NCBI RefSeq assembly: GCF_000195855.1
Contig: NC_002677.1
Span: forward strand, 1,590,001 to 1,622,000
Direction of reading: 5' to 3'
DNA from: Mycobacterium leprae TN
GTDB lineage: Bacteria > Actinomycetota > Actinomycetes > Mycobacteriales > Mycobacteriaceae
Length of the DNA stretch: 32,000 bases
The notes beneath the pieces are model-generated. The model was not told the origin of the DNA and made no database searches. It saw only the letters and a list, made by a program, of their open reading frames with translations. A program made the translations under genes and the position numbers. Within the stretch, counting starts at the first letter, position 1, and each line of letters starts with the position of its first letter. Positions 9,224-19,121 of this stretch are shown here, one piece after another.

Positions 9224-10334
9224 ATGTACAGGTCCATCTCTGCAAACCCACCCGAAGCGTCGTTCCGGGTGGGGCACCTGGTGGATCGGCAGCCGACGGT
9301 GTCGCCGGAGCGACTGATTGCTCAGCTAACGCCGCCGCCAACGTTCACCTAGGTGAGCTTCGCGACTTACCGTCCCGACCCGGCGGAACCCGACCCAGGC
9401 AGCAGCGATTGGAGTCTGTAAGGAGTTCTGCCGCGGCAGGCCGTAGCACGCCGGGCGGGCCGGAAGAAATTGCTGGGAAAACGGGTGGTTCTGCCTGGTG
9501 TTGGGTTGTACTTGGAAGGCGGGTTCGGCGTGGGCAAGACTCATCTGGCTGGCATCGGCCTACTACCAATTGCCCGGCCTTGGGCCAGCTAGTGCGGAGG
9601 ACGCTGCAGGAAGTCTCAAAGCATTCGCAACATTTGGGGCGCTGACTCAGCTGGCCGGTGTTTTGGTTTCGTCGAATGCATCGATCTGCTAGCCAAGTAC
9701 ACGGCGGTGTGCATTGATGAGTTTGAACTGGACGATCCGGGTAACACCACGCTGATCTCGCGGATGCTCTCGGCATTAGTCGAGCGTGGTGTGTCAGTGG
9801 TTGCCACTTCTAATACGTCGCCGGAGCAGCTCGGTGAGGACCGTTTTGTCGCACAGGATTTTCTGTGCGGAATCAATACGCTGGCAAAGATTTTTACTAC
9901 AGTCCTGATCGATGGGCCGGACTATCGGCATCGCGACCTGCTGCCTGCGCCTCAGCCTCTGTGGGATGAACAAGTGGCTGCGCGTGCCACACGTGTCCAG
10001 GGGGCCACCGTCGACGACTTCGAAGCTTTGTGCGCGCACCTGGCCACCATCCATCCGTCGCGGTATCTGACATTGATTTCGGGCGTGACTACGGTGTTGT
10101 TGACCGGCGTGCACGGTCTCGATGACCAGAACGTTGCACTGGGGCTGGTGTCGTTGACCGATCGGCTTTATGAAGCCGGTATTAAGTAAGGCGGTGGTGG
10201 TTTCCCGGGAGAAGCTGGACGGTATCTCCAGCGAGGAGATGCTGGCCGGTGGTTACCGAAAGAAGTATCTGCGGGCCACGTCACGGCTGTTGGCACTAAG
10301 CACCGCCGGGGTCAACGAAGCCCGCGCACTATAA
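9224..10334 (+). pseudogene. AFG1/ZapE-family ATPase pseudogene (Rv2670c-like)
   Basis: Divergent from ribD with a 35-bp gap. From ATG 9224 it reads ...HLVDRQPTVSPERLIAQLTPPPTFT, with in-frame TAG at 9350-9352 and TAA at 9419-9421. Later fragments in shifting frames: GLYLEGGFGVGKTHL (Walker A), CIDEFELDDPGNT (Walker B), VVATSNTSPEQLGEDRF and C-terminal YRKKYLRATSRLLALS...EARAL, stop at 10332-10334. Confidence 0.8.
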
Positions 10335-12375
10335 CGTAGTCGTTCTAACGATGAGCGTCGACTTGAAAAGTCCCGGTGCCATTGACCTTCAATTTGCTAT
10401 TGAATTATGAAGCGTTGTGCACGTAGATTTCCCTGCTTTACCCCCAACCATACGCAGCGCACGTTCCAGTCGGTGACTGTGGCTGGCGCGAGATTCATCA
10501 ATACCAGTCGACGAGCGCTGCGGTCAGCTTTTAGGTATAGATGGAGTCCATCGTGGCCAGGTGTGCGTTCAGCGTCAGAGATTCCATTGCGCAAGATGCT
10601 GGCTCGTCTTCTTGTCCAGCAGTATGACGTTGGACATCGGATCGCGATAGGCGTCCCAAATACACTGCGCTTTGTACGATGGTACCGTTGGACGTATTCA
10701 CCAGCGCGTTGGGCGCATCGGAGGTACGCGGCTTGTCAACGCCGGCGATGGTTGCTATTGTGTTAACAATCCTTTTTCGTCCTATCCTGGGCTACGCTTT
10801 TTTGCTATTTCGCTCGGGTTATGAACGCAGAAGATTACATTAGTCCAGGGGACGGCAGTGATGCATTTCGTGCCGTGCACTGTGGCCGTTCGGACGAGTG
10901 TTAATATGTTGTGCTTATGCACAATTGTGTGCAGGGGCAGTAGCTTCGTACCACCAACGTTTGTGACGACTGCAATCACTATGATCATAGTGTTTAGCAG
11001 AAAGGACTCCGACTCTAGTGTCAGTTAGGACGCTAAGGATGCCAGGCCTTCGAATTTTTCGACACGCTGGCCGTCAGCAGTCAGCTGCTAAGCCTAATCC
11101 TCCTGCACTATAGGGTGGCTAGCACAAAGCCAATGGAAGTGGCAAGCAGATGAATGGCATGCCTACCGTAACGTTCGACCTAGGTTTAAAAAGGCAGATC
11201 CGCAACATGGATGGCCTAAGTGAAGCCGCTGAACATCCGCAGTTAGATAACTAAACCTGATTTCCTCCTCGTATGGTGATATAGGGAATCAACCTCAACA
11301 CGACCCGCCTCCGTCGAACCTGTTACGGTGGATAAGGAAATCACCTGAGCCATGCTCGGCATCGGTGAGTTTCTGCTTGAGTAGTTGGTTGCCAATGGTG
11401 ACTTGAATACGCGAAAACTGCTCTGCTGCATGGGCTTTACTGTAGTAGTGATCAAAGCCTTAGCAGAGACATTCCCAAATTGGGAACTGAAAGTATAATC
11501 TTCCTGAAATCCCAAGGAGTCCTTATAATTTCATTAGTTCATCGTTAATTTCATTGGCTGGGGGTTAAGCGCCACACTGAGTTGGCGTGCCTCGGGCACA
11601 TAGAGTTATCAGGAAACGTCCAGCACACCGCTGCTGTGACCTGGGAACTAGACAACCGGATTCTGGTTGAACCCACGGTAGTCGTGAGGGCAGATCCGGG
11701 CGCGTTTAACGATCCAACCACCCAGAGATCCGTCACACGCGGCAGCTTTGACATCCTCGGTGGACAGCGTGACATGGCACAGCGAACCCAAGCATAGTTG
11801 GTGATCGCAGATCAACTCGCGGACACTGCCCTGCACCGCCAAGTGCACCATGGCACGCAGATAATGGTAGGAATCTGGTCAACCGGTTCCGGTGCGGTCA
11901 CCATAACCTGATCCAGCCGGCTAACGTGTCGTCGAGTGATTCCTGATTCTACAGCACTATAAACCAACTTGGCCAGACCAACTTGGCCGCGCTGATGATT
12001 GCGAGGGCAAATTGCCGCGCTTTGACTTGGGTCTATATGCTTCGTGTTGCCGATGAGCACACGGGTTGTCGATTCCTTGGTGGTTACGACTTAGCCATTC
12101 GCCCGCTGGAAGCAGACGGCCACGATATTGACTCCGGTTGTGCTGTATCGGGGGTATCAACACGCTCATCGTTATGGTCAGGTCGGTGGTATTCGTCTTC
12201 GCACCGGCCGACTGTGAGCTCCGGGCGGCAACAGATCTCGTATGAGCGTTAGTCGGTCATGGGGTTGGCTCCTTGCGTAGAGGTAGCCAGCTTGCCGACC
12301 GAACAGGCTCAGGTCATATCTAGGTCACGAACCTACGTTTGTAACTCTAATTACTAGTCTGAACTGAGCAAACAC

Positions 12376-12450
12376 TGGTGCGCGATACTGGGATTGAACC
12401 AGTGACCTCTTCCGTGTCAGGGAAGTGCTCTCCCGCTGAGCTAATCGCGC
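12376..12450 (-). tRNA. tRNA-Val (anticodon GAC), CCA encoded
   Basis: The reverse complement folds as a cloverleaf: acceptor GCGCGAT/ATCGCGC, D stem GCTC/GAGC, anticodon stem CTTCC/GGAAG with loop CTGACAC, T arm ACTGG-TTCAATC-CCAGT, then A-CCA. Confidence 0.93.
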
Positions 12451-12467
12451 TAGGGGGTGAAATCTAG

Positions 12468-12538
12468 AGGTGGAGACGGGAATCGAACCCGTGTGCACGG
12501 CTTTGCAGGCCGTTGCCTCACCACTCGGCCACTCCACC
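12468..12538 (-). tRNA. tRNA-Cys (anticodon GCA), CCA not encoded
   Basis: Reverse complement: acceptor GGTGGAG/CTCCACC, anticodon stem ACGGC/GCCGT with loop CTGCAAA, T arm ACGGG-TTCGATT-CCCGT, discriminator U. Confidence 0.92.
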
Positions 12539-12566
12539 ACAGGGATTGATGCCACTTGCACCTTCG

Positions 12567-12639
12567 AGCGGATGACGGGATTCGAACCCGCGACCCTCAC
12601 CTTGGCAAGGTGATGCGCTACCAACTGCGCTACATCCGC
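12567..12639 (-). tRNA. tRNA-Gly (anticodon GCC), CCA not encoded
   Basis: Reverse complement: acceptor GCGGATG/CATCCGC, D arm GCGC-AGTTGGT-AGCGC, anticodon stem TCACC/GGTGA with loop TTGCCAA, T arm GCGGG-TTCGAAT-CCCGT, discriminator U. Confidence 0.92.
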
Positions 12640-12817
12640 GCGCAACGGACGAAATCGTCGCCCGGTGCGAAGCACGACGATAGTCCACGTGAATGGGCGT
12701 ACACAACTCTCTGGGTACGACGCGTGGCTAGATTGCGTGACTAGGTCGTAAGCATGTGGGGAATGCTGCGGATCAGCGGTTCGTGCTAGTCTTCGACGTC
12801 ATTCGCCTCTAGGCGCC

Positions 12818-12892
12818 GGTCCCGTGGCTCAGTGGAAGAGCGTCCGCTTCACACGCGGAAGGTCGCTGGTTCGACCCCAGCCGGGACCACCA
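12818..12892 (+). tRNA. tRNA-Val (anticodon CAC), CCA encoded
   Basis: Acceptor GGTCCCG/CGGGACC, D stem GCTC/GAGC, anticodon stem TCCGC/GCGGA with loop TTCACAC, T arm GCTGG-TTCGACC-CCAGC, then A-CCA. It is divergent from the three minus-strand tRNAs across a 178-bp spacer. Confidence 0.93.
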
Positions 12893-12902
12893 GAGTGATT
12901 AT

Positions 12903-13910
12903 CTAGGTTAGTTGGTTAAAAATGCCTTTTTGCTGTGCGCGGATCTTCTTTGGCACTCGGTGACATGGGGCCAAGCTGGTGTCAGCTCGCACCCTCATGA
13001 ACGTCATCGAGCGCTGTCGTGATGTCGACAAGGTCGTCGTCAAAGAGATCCACGTAGATATACTCGTCACGATGATCGATGCGTGACCCATGGCCTTCTG
13101 CAGGAGTATCCGGGCCGGTACCGGCCCTGCGTGACCACGATGTGCAAGTATGGCGTAGGTAGTGCACCTGCAGGTTGTCGTGGCCAATCTCGATGACTGA
13201 CTTGCGCCAGTTGACAGCCTGCTTCCAGTTTTCCTGGCTCAAGTGTGCACTTTTGGGAGACGTGATTGTCGGTGCGCAGTGAGGCCGTGCGTTAAACCGC
13301 GCCTTGAGGCATTGGGGTCAAACGTTATTGGTACCTCATGTCGGCTAGACTACAATTTCGTATTGACTTCGATCAGTTTGCCTTCGACTTGTGTCATTGA
13401 CCGACGCACGCGAAGTCGGCGAGCCTTCAAGTCAACATCTTCGATATTAAACTCGAGGAGTGCGCCAAATCGCAGAATTTGTGTAGGCGAGGATCTAAAC
13501 GACATCACTCTGACGTCTACAGGTCCGGGCGTGGGCTGCGATTTCAGTGGTGGTCAGGTAAATGTGTGTTGTAGGTCGTATTGGTGTACAATTCGTGCGG
13601 GCTTCCGGATTCTTGCTAATACTTTGACCTTCCGCAATTGCGTGGTAAAGACACATCTTGAGGACTGAATGCATCCACCTCACCGTTCGAGGACTTAGGC
13701 CCGATGGCGACATGGCATTCACCCATTGCTGGATCGACTCATGATCGATCTTCGTGATAGGTCACGAGCCGAAGCGCGGCTCGATATGAAGTCTCTAACC
13801 CCCTCATTTCTAAATCGATATTGAGTGTTACTTTCACAACAACTATTGCAAGGAGATTTGTCATACAGGATGATGGCTATCTTGTTTTTTGTGGTGATCG
13901 TATGTACCAT
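12903..13910 (-). pseudogene. Tyrosine recombinase (phage-type integrase) pseudogene abutting the 3' end of tRNA-Val(CAC)
   Basis: Minus-strand fragments in different frames. The SAM-like N-domain reads MSPSGLSPRTVRWMHSVLKMCLYHAIAEGQSISKNPE (13495-13722). The catalytic C-terminus reads HYLRHTCTSW (HxLRHT box), LQKAMGHASIIVT (LGH box) and YIYVDLFDDDLVDITTALDD (13.0-13.24 kb). Frameshifts separate the boxes. The N-terminus appears truncated near 13.9 kb. Confidence 0.7.
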
Positions 13911-13949
13911 GAGCGTGCTGAAGGTGCGGAAGTCTTGAAGGTAGATCCG

Positions 13950-15695
13950 TTACAGACGTCAACTCACCACGCATTCGGCCATTATCACGGCAGCCGATAC
14001 CGGTGGCTTTGGGATACTTGCTTGAGATATTCCATCCGATATTCCGGCAGTGGCAACGGAGCTGAATATTGTGGAACTGCTACTTCATTACTTGGTTGCT
14101 GGTCGGCAGGGGCGCTTGCCGCTTACGCGGGGATCCTTTGATGATAGTGCTTGAAGACTTGCTCGCGTGAGATCGAGATGCTTGTCCCCGATCGGCGCGT
14201 AACGCTGGTAACGATCCGAAAGGACTGCGGGTTACCTTGCTAACCCCGCAGGGACCGGTTTCGTATCGTCGACCGCCACTAAAACTCATGGTGTTGGACA
14301 ACTGTGAGATATGTTCTCGATGTCTGTGCTGAGCTGGTCACTGCGCTTTTGGGTGACTGCCCGGCATTTACGATTTTGGCGCCCAGTTGCGAATCGATCG
14401 GGGTTGTTGGATATATCACCTGGCGGGCAACGTTCTTGTTGCCAGCCGACGCAGCAATCGAATTGTTCGCTGATCGCGCCCACCTGGTTTAGTTCGCCTT
14501 CCGCGTCGTCAGCGCTAATACCGAGGCGGTGGGCCAGGTCTGCCAGCGGCTGGACGGCATGCCCCTCGCCATCGAGCTTGCTGCTGCACTGGTGCGTTCG
14601 TTGTCGCCGGTCGAGATCACCTAGAGTTTAGGCTAGCGGTTCTGGCTGCTGACAGGGTAATCTGCGCAGCGCGGTGCGCCGCCAACAGACACTCTGCATA
14701 CCGATGGATTTGGTAGCATACGTTGTTGACCGAGAGCGAACGGATCTTGTTTCGCCGGCTAGGTTGTCTCCACGGGTACGTTCGACTTGCCCGCAGCCCG
14801 AGCTGGTACCAACAGTGACGTGGAGATCTATATTTAAGTCCTCGATCAACTGAAGCTGCTCGTCGACAAGTTATTGGTAGTCGTCCAATATGTCCAGGGA
14901 TGCAAACGGTACCGGCTGTGGGAAACCTGTGCGTGAGTTGCACGTTAGAACGTTGGACGAATCCGGCGAAACCGACCTGTCGGTGCGTCACTGCGACTAT
15001 ATACAAGACATTGGCTTCTAGGCTGGAGTACACTAGGGCAGTCCGACCATCTCGAGCTGGTGGAGCAGGCTGAGCTCGTGATCGCCCGTCTGGTGTGCAT
15101 GCTTCATCTGGGACCACAGCAACAACGATCACAACGATTGTGTAGGTGTATCGCAGAATCGCATCCTGGCTGCAGCCGATTTGGTTCGGGCGTGGCCTCC
15201 AGTGCGCGGGCTTAGCCTGGTTCGATTCGATTTCGATCTTGAAAAATGGTGATGCTTAATTAGCTTACGGTATCCGCCGATGTTTGAGTGCGTGCACTCG
15301 CGGGACAAAGTGATGCTCAAGCAGCTTGGTGGCCCGAGGACCGGTGCCCGGTTATGTGAGGTGGCATACAGTTACACCGACGACGCCGTTGTGTCTGATG
15401 AGTGAGATGGCACCGCATGGTGTCGTCGGTAACGTGAGCACACGTTGCGATCCCACTTGATGAACGCGATGCAGCACGCAATGAGGGCCGCACGCAATTC
15501 TAGTGTACGTTACCGACTTGCGCGCGTAGGCGTGCCAGATGCCGTTTCTAGTTGCACTGAACTGTGAGTCCGGCAGGTCATTTGCCGCGGCGCGTCTTCA
15601 TGGCACGGCGGCCGCATCGTGACGGCGGACAGCGGAGGTTCTCTTCAAGGTCTGAGAGGCCGACTACGAGGTCTAGATGCCGGCGCTTCGTGACG
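13950..15695 (+). pseudogene. Large ATPase-type (NB-ARC/STAND plus TPR) LuxR-family regulator pseudogene
   Basis: Plus-strand fragments:
- AADTGGFGILA (degraded GxGGxGKT P-loop, about 13990).
- KLMVLDNCE (about 14275).
- VLDVCAELVTALLGDCPAFTILAPSCESIGVVGYITWR...AAIELFADRAHLV*.
- EAVGQVCQRLDGMPLAIELAAALVRSLSPVEIT* (14.50-14.62 kb; the LDGLPLAIELAAA signature).
- RQQTLCIPMDLVAYVVDRERTDLVSPARLS.
- VLDQLKLLVDKLLVV..RYRLWETCAELHVRTLDESGE.
- A possible LuxR HTH tail (RTAEV..F..L.GRLRGL) ending about 15693.
Many stops. Both ends are approximate. Confidence 0.6.
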
Positions 15696-16112
15696 TCGAT
15701 GGGTAACGACAATTTCGACTCCGCCCGGGCCGACGGCGGCCGCTATGCCCATCGACGATGTGATTCGTTCAGCACACTATGAGCGCGGAAAACGCAAACG
15801 TTTGGAGCAGTGGCTGGGGTTGATTAATCTCTGCCGAGTGTAACGTTTAGATGCAGCTCGTGGGTGAAGGACTGGGAAATCGACAAAGTCACTACACGGT
15901 TTTTCGTTTCGCCCCTCATATAATAATATAGTGTAGTCTCATCCACCCACGACTAGTTCGCGCGTCCAACATGCGCAAGAAGCTGATGTGCCACAGCTAA
16001 TCGATTCGGTCGTCTCCTGGTCACAGCAGGCCCGCACCGAAGTCAACTAAAAAAACTGCCGGGTCTGACGATGTGCCATGATGTCCAAGCTGTCAAGAGT
16101 CAGGGAGCAGCA

Positions 16113-19100
16113 GTGGATCTCAATTTTTCAATCGTCACACGACCAGTCGAGCGTCTGGTCGCTACGGCACAAAATGGCCTGGAAGTTTTGCGGTTGGGGG
16201 GGTTAGAAACAGGCAGCTTTCCGTCACCGTCGCAGATTGTCGAGAGCGTGCCGATGTACAAGCTTCGACGGTACTTTCCGCCCGGTAACCGGCCTGGGCA
16301 ACCGCTGTTGGGAGCGCCGGTGCTGATGGTGCACCCGATGATGATGTCGGCGGATATGTGGGACGTCACCCGGGAGGAGGGCGCGGTAGGCATCTTGCAC
16401 GTCAGGGGGCTTGATCCCTGGGTCATCGACTTCGGCTCACCCGACAAAGTCGAGGGTGGAATGCGTCGGAATCTGGCCGACCACATCGTGGCCCTCAGCG
16501 AAGCGGTCGATACTGTCAAGGAAGTCACCGGTAACGATGTGCACCTGGTTGGGTATTCACAGGGTGGCATGTTCTGCTACCAAGCTGCCGCATACCGGCG
16601 TTCGGAGAACATCGCTAGCATCGTGGCGTTCGGCTCCCCAGTTGACACTCTAGCCGCGCTTCCCATGGGTATTCCACCAAACTTCGGCGTGGTACTTGCC
16701 AATTTTATGGCTGATCACGTCTTCAATCGCTTGGATATCCCAAGCTGGTTGGCGCGTGCCGGTTTTCAGATGTTAGATCCGCTCAAGACGGTCAAAGCCC
16801 GGGTCGACTTCGTGCGTCAGCTGCACAATCGTGAAGCTTTGCTGTCGCGTGAACAGCAGCGCCGATTCCTTGAATCCGAAGGGTGGATCGCGTGGTCGGG
16901 TCCAGCAATTTCCGAGCTACTTAAGCAGTTCATTGCGCACAATCGAATGATGACGGGCGGTTTTGCTGTCAACGGGCAGATGGTGACGTTAACTGACATC
17001 ACCTGCCCGGTGCTGGCTTTCGTCGGCGAGGTTGACGACATCGGTCAGCCAGCGTCAGTGCGAGGCATTAGACGCGCAGCACCCAACGCCGAGGTCTACG
17101 AGTCTCTGATCCGGACAGGACATTTCGGCCTGGTCGTGGGATCCAGGGCGGCGCAGCAGAGTTGGCCGACCGTCGCCGAATGGGTATGCTGGTTAGCCGC
17201 TAATGCTAACAAGCCGGCGAATATCCATATTATGCCGGATCAGCCGGTCGAACACACCGCCAGTGGCGTCGCGATTAGTTCTCGGCTCGCGCACGGACTG
17301 GGGGAGGTCTCCGAGACGGCGTTGGCGCTGGCTCGTGGCGTGGCCGATGCGATTGTGGCTGCCAACAGATCCGTTCATACGTTGGCTGTGGAGACAGTCC
17401 GGACGTTACCACGTTTGGCTCGGCTCGGACAGCTCAATGACCACACTCGGATCTCGCTAGGCCGTATTATCGGCGAACAAGCTCACGATGCCCCACGGGG
17501 TGAGTTCCTGTTGTTCGACGGACGTGTGCATACTTACGAGGCTGTCGACCGGCGAGTCAACAACGTCGTCCGAGGTCTGATCGCGGTCGGGGTGCGGCAG
17601 GGTGACCGCGTAGGTGTGCTGATGGAAACTCGTCCCAGCGCACTGGTCGCCATTGCAGCACTGTCTCGGCTGGGTGCGGTTGCCGTGATGATGAGGCCAG
17701 ATGCCGATCTGGCCGCATCGGTCCGAATCGGGGGAGCGACGAAGATCTTGACTGACCCCGCCAATCTTGGCGTAGTACTTGCTTACGGTCGCCAGTTGAC
17801 TGGTCAGGTACTGGTGTTGGGTGGCGGTGAGTCACGTGATCTGCACCTGCCGGAGGACGCCTTGCAGCAAAACCAAGTCATCGACATGGAAAAGATCGAC
17901 CCGAATGCCGTCGACCTGCCGGCCTGGTATCGGCCCAACTCGGGATTGGCTCGGGATCTGGCGTTCATCGCGTGCAGCACGGTCGGCGGCGAGTTGGTAG
18001 CTAAGCAGATCACTAACTACCGATGGGCGGTCTCAGCTTTCGGAACTGCCTCAACAGCCGCTCTCGATCGCAGGGACACAGTGTATTGCTTGACGCCGCT
18101 GCATCACGAGTCCGCGCTGCTGGTAAGCCTGGGCGGTGCGGTCGTTGGTGGTGCTCGCATAGCGCTGTCGCGCGGTTTATGCTCGAACCGATTTGTGCAC
18201 GAGGTGCGTCAATACGGCGTCACTGTTGTATCCTACACCTGGGCTATGCTGCGCGAACTTGTCGATGACCCGGCGTTTGTACTGCACGGCAACCATCCGG
18301 TGCGGCTGTTCATGGGCTCAGGCATGCCGACCGGCCTATGGGAGCGGGTCGTCGAAGCGTTCGCGCCCGCTCATGTTGTCGAATTTTTCGCTACGGTCGA
18401 CGGACAAGCTGTACTGGCTAACGTGTCGGGTGCGAAGATTGGTAGCAAGGGTCGTCCGCTGCCCGGCGCTGGGCATGTCGAGTTGGGTGCTTACGACGCC
18501 GAACAGGACTTGATCCTGGAAAACGACCGCGGTTTCGTACAGGTCGCCGACGTCAACCAGATTGGTGTGCTACTCGCTGCGTCCCGCGGGCCGATCGATC
18601 CGACTGCGTCTGTCAAACGCGGTGTTTTTGCTCCGGCTGACACCTGGATAGCAACCGAGTACTTGTTACGCCGCGACTACGATGGAGACTATTGGCTGGC
18701 GGGGCGGCGTAGCTCGGTGGTTCGCACCGCACGCGGATTGGTTTATACTGAACCAGTGACCGACGCGCTCGGCTTCATCACTGGGGTCGACCTCGCTGCG
18801 ACCTACAGTGTGGCGGTGGATGATCGTGAGTTGGCGGTGTCGGCGGTGACACTGTTGCCCGGAGCGGCCATAACGGCGGCCGACTTGACCGAAGCCGTTG
18901 CCAGCATGCCCGTCGGACTGGGGCCCGACATTGTGCACGTGGTACCAGAGCTAACGCTCAGCGCCACCTATCGTCCAATCGTCGGTGCCCTGCGCACGGC
19001 CGGGATTCCTAAAACGGGGCGCCAGGTATGGTATTTCGATTCCGCAAGTAATCAATTCAGGCGGATGACTCCCGGGGTGCGGGCGGAGCTAGCAGGCAAA

Positions 19101-19121
19101 CACACGCACACCCATGCTTGA
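16113..19121 (+). CDS. Two-domain protein: N-terminal alpha/beta-hydrolase (PhaC/lipase-like) fused to a C-terminal FATP/acyl-CoA-synthetase-like adenylation domain (Rv1683 homologue)
   Basis: A single open frame runs from 16071 to 19121. I place the start at GTG 16113 (VDLNFSIVTRPVERL...), preceded by AGGGAG at 16102-16107; ATG 16071 is the alternative. The hydrolase nucleophile elbow GYSQGG lies at 16551-16568. The C-terminal half has an ACS/FATP layout (MGSGMPTGLWERVVEAF, EFFATVDGQA, DGDYWLAGR). At about 1000 aa it matches my recollection of Mtb Rv1683 (999 aa). Confidence 0.9.
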   Translation: MDLNFSIVTRPVERLVATAQNGLEVLRLGGLETGSFPSPSQIVESVPMYKLRRYFPPGNRPGQPLLGAPVLMVHPMMMSADMWDVTREEGAVGILHVRGLDPWVIDFGSPDKVEGGMRRNLADHIVALSEAVDTVKEVTGNDVHLVGYSQGGMFCYQAAAYRRSENIASIVAFGSPVDTLAALPMGIPPNFGVVLANFMADHVFNRLDIPSWLARAGFQMLDPLKTVKARVDFVRQLHNREALLSREQQRRFLESEGWIAWSGPAISELLKQFIAHNRMMTGGFAVNGQMVTLTDITCPVLAFVGEVDDIGQPASVRGIRRAAPNAEVYESLIRTGHFGLVVGSRAAQQSWPTVAEWVCWLAANANKPANIHIMPDQPVEHTASGVAISSRLAHGLGEVSETALALARGVADAIVAANRSVHTLAVETVRTLPRLARLGQLNDHTRISLGRIIGEQAHDAPRGEFLLFDGRVHTYEAVDRRVNNVVRGLIAVGVRQGDRVGVLMETRPSALVAIAALSRLGAVAVMMRPDADLAASVRIGGATKILTDPANLGVVLAYGRQLTGQVLVLGGGESRDLHLPEDALQQNQVIDMEKIDPNAVDLPAWYRPNSGLARDLAFIACSTVGGELVAKQITNYRWAVSAFGTASTAALDRRDTVYCLTPLHHESALLVSLGGAVVGGARIALSRGLCSNRFVHEVRQYGVTVVSYTWAMLRELVDDPAFVLHGNHPVRLFMGSGMPTGLWERVVEAFAPAHVVEFFATVDGQAVLANVSGAKIGSKGRPLPGAGHVELGAYDAEQDLILENDRGFVQVADVNQIGVLLAASRGPIDPTASVKRGVFAPADTWIATEYLLRRDYDGDYWLAGRRSSVVRTARGLVYTEPVTDALGFITGVDLAATYSVAVDDRELAVSAVTLLPGAAITAADLTEAVASMPVGLGPDIVHVVPELTLSATYRPIVGALRTAGIPKTGRQVWYFDSASNQFRRMTPGVRAELAGKHTHTHA

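Noticed and set aside
12252-12299. Imperfect inverted repeat (GTCGG...TTGGCT / AGCCAG...CCGAC) about 80 nt downstream of the minus-strand tRNA operon
   Set aside because: The arms are interrupted and mismatched and there is no U-tract. It is not strong enough to call a terminator.
12325-12744. Track ORFs of 116, 62 and 62 aa overlapping 12.3-12.7 kb
   Set aside because: They run straight through three well-folding tRNA genes (Val, Cys, Gly). They are an artefact of stop-poor GC-rich RNA genes.
14080-15132. Minus-strand ORFs of 73 and 171 aa; the first was briefly considered as the integrase N-terminus
   Set aside because: The plus strand here carries unmistakable LuxR/STAND regulator motifs (KLMVLDNCE, LDGMPLAIELAAA, RYRLWET), so the minus ORFs are antisense shadows.
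15912-15935. TATAAT-containing AT-rich run (CATATAATAATATAGTG), a possible promoter of the Rv1683-like gene
   Set aside because: It lies about 190 bp upstream of the start, I could not pair it with a -35 element, and AT-rich runs are common in the decayed DNA here.
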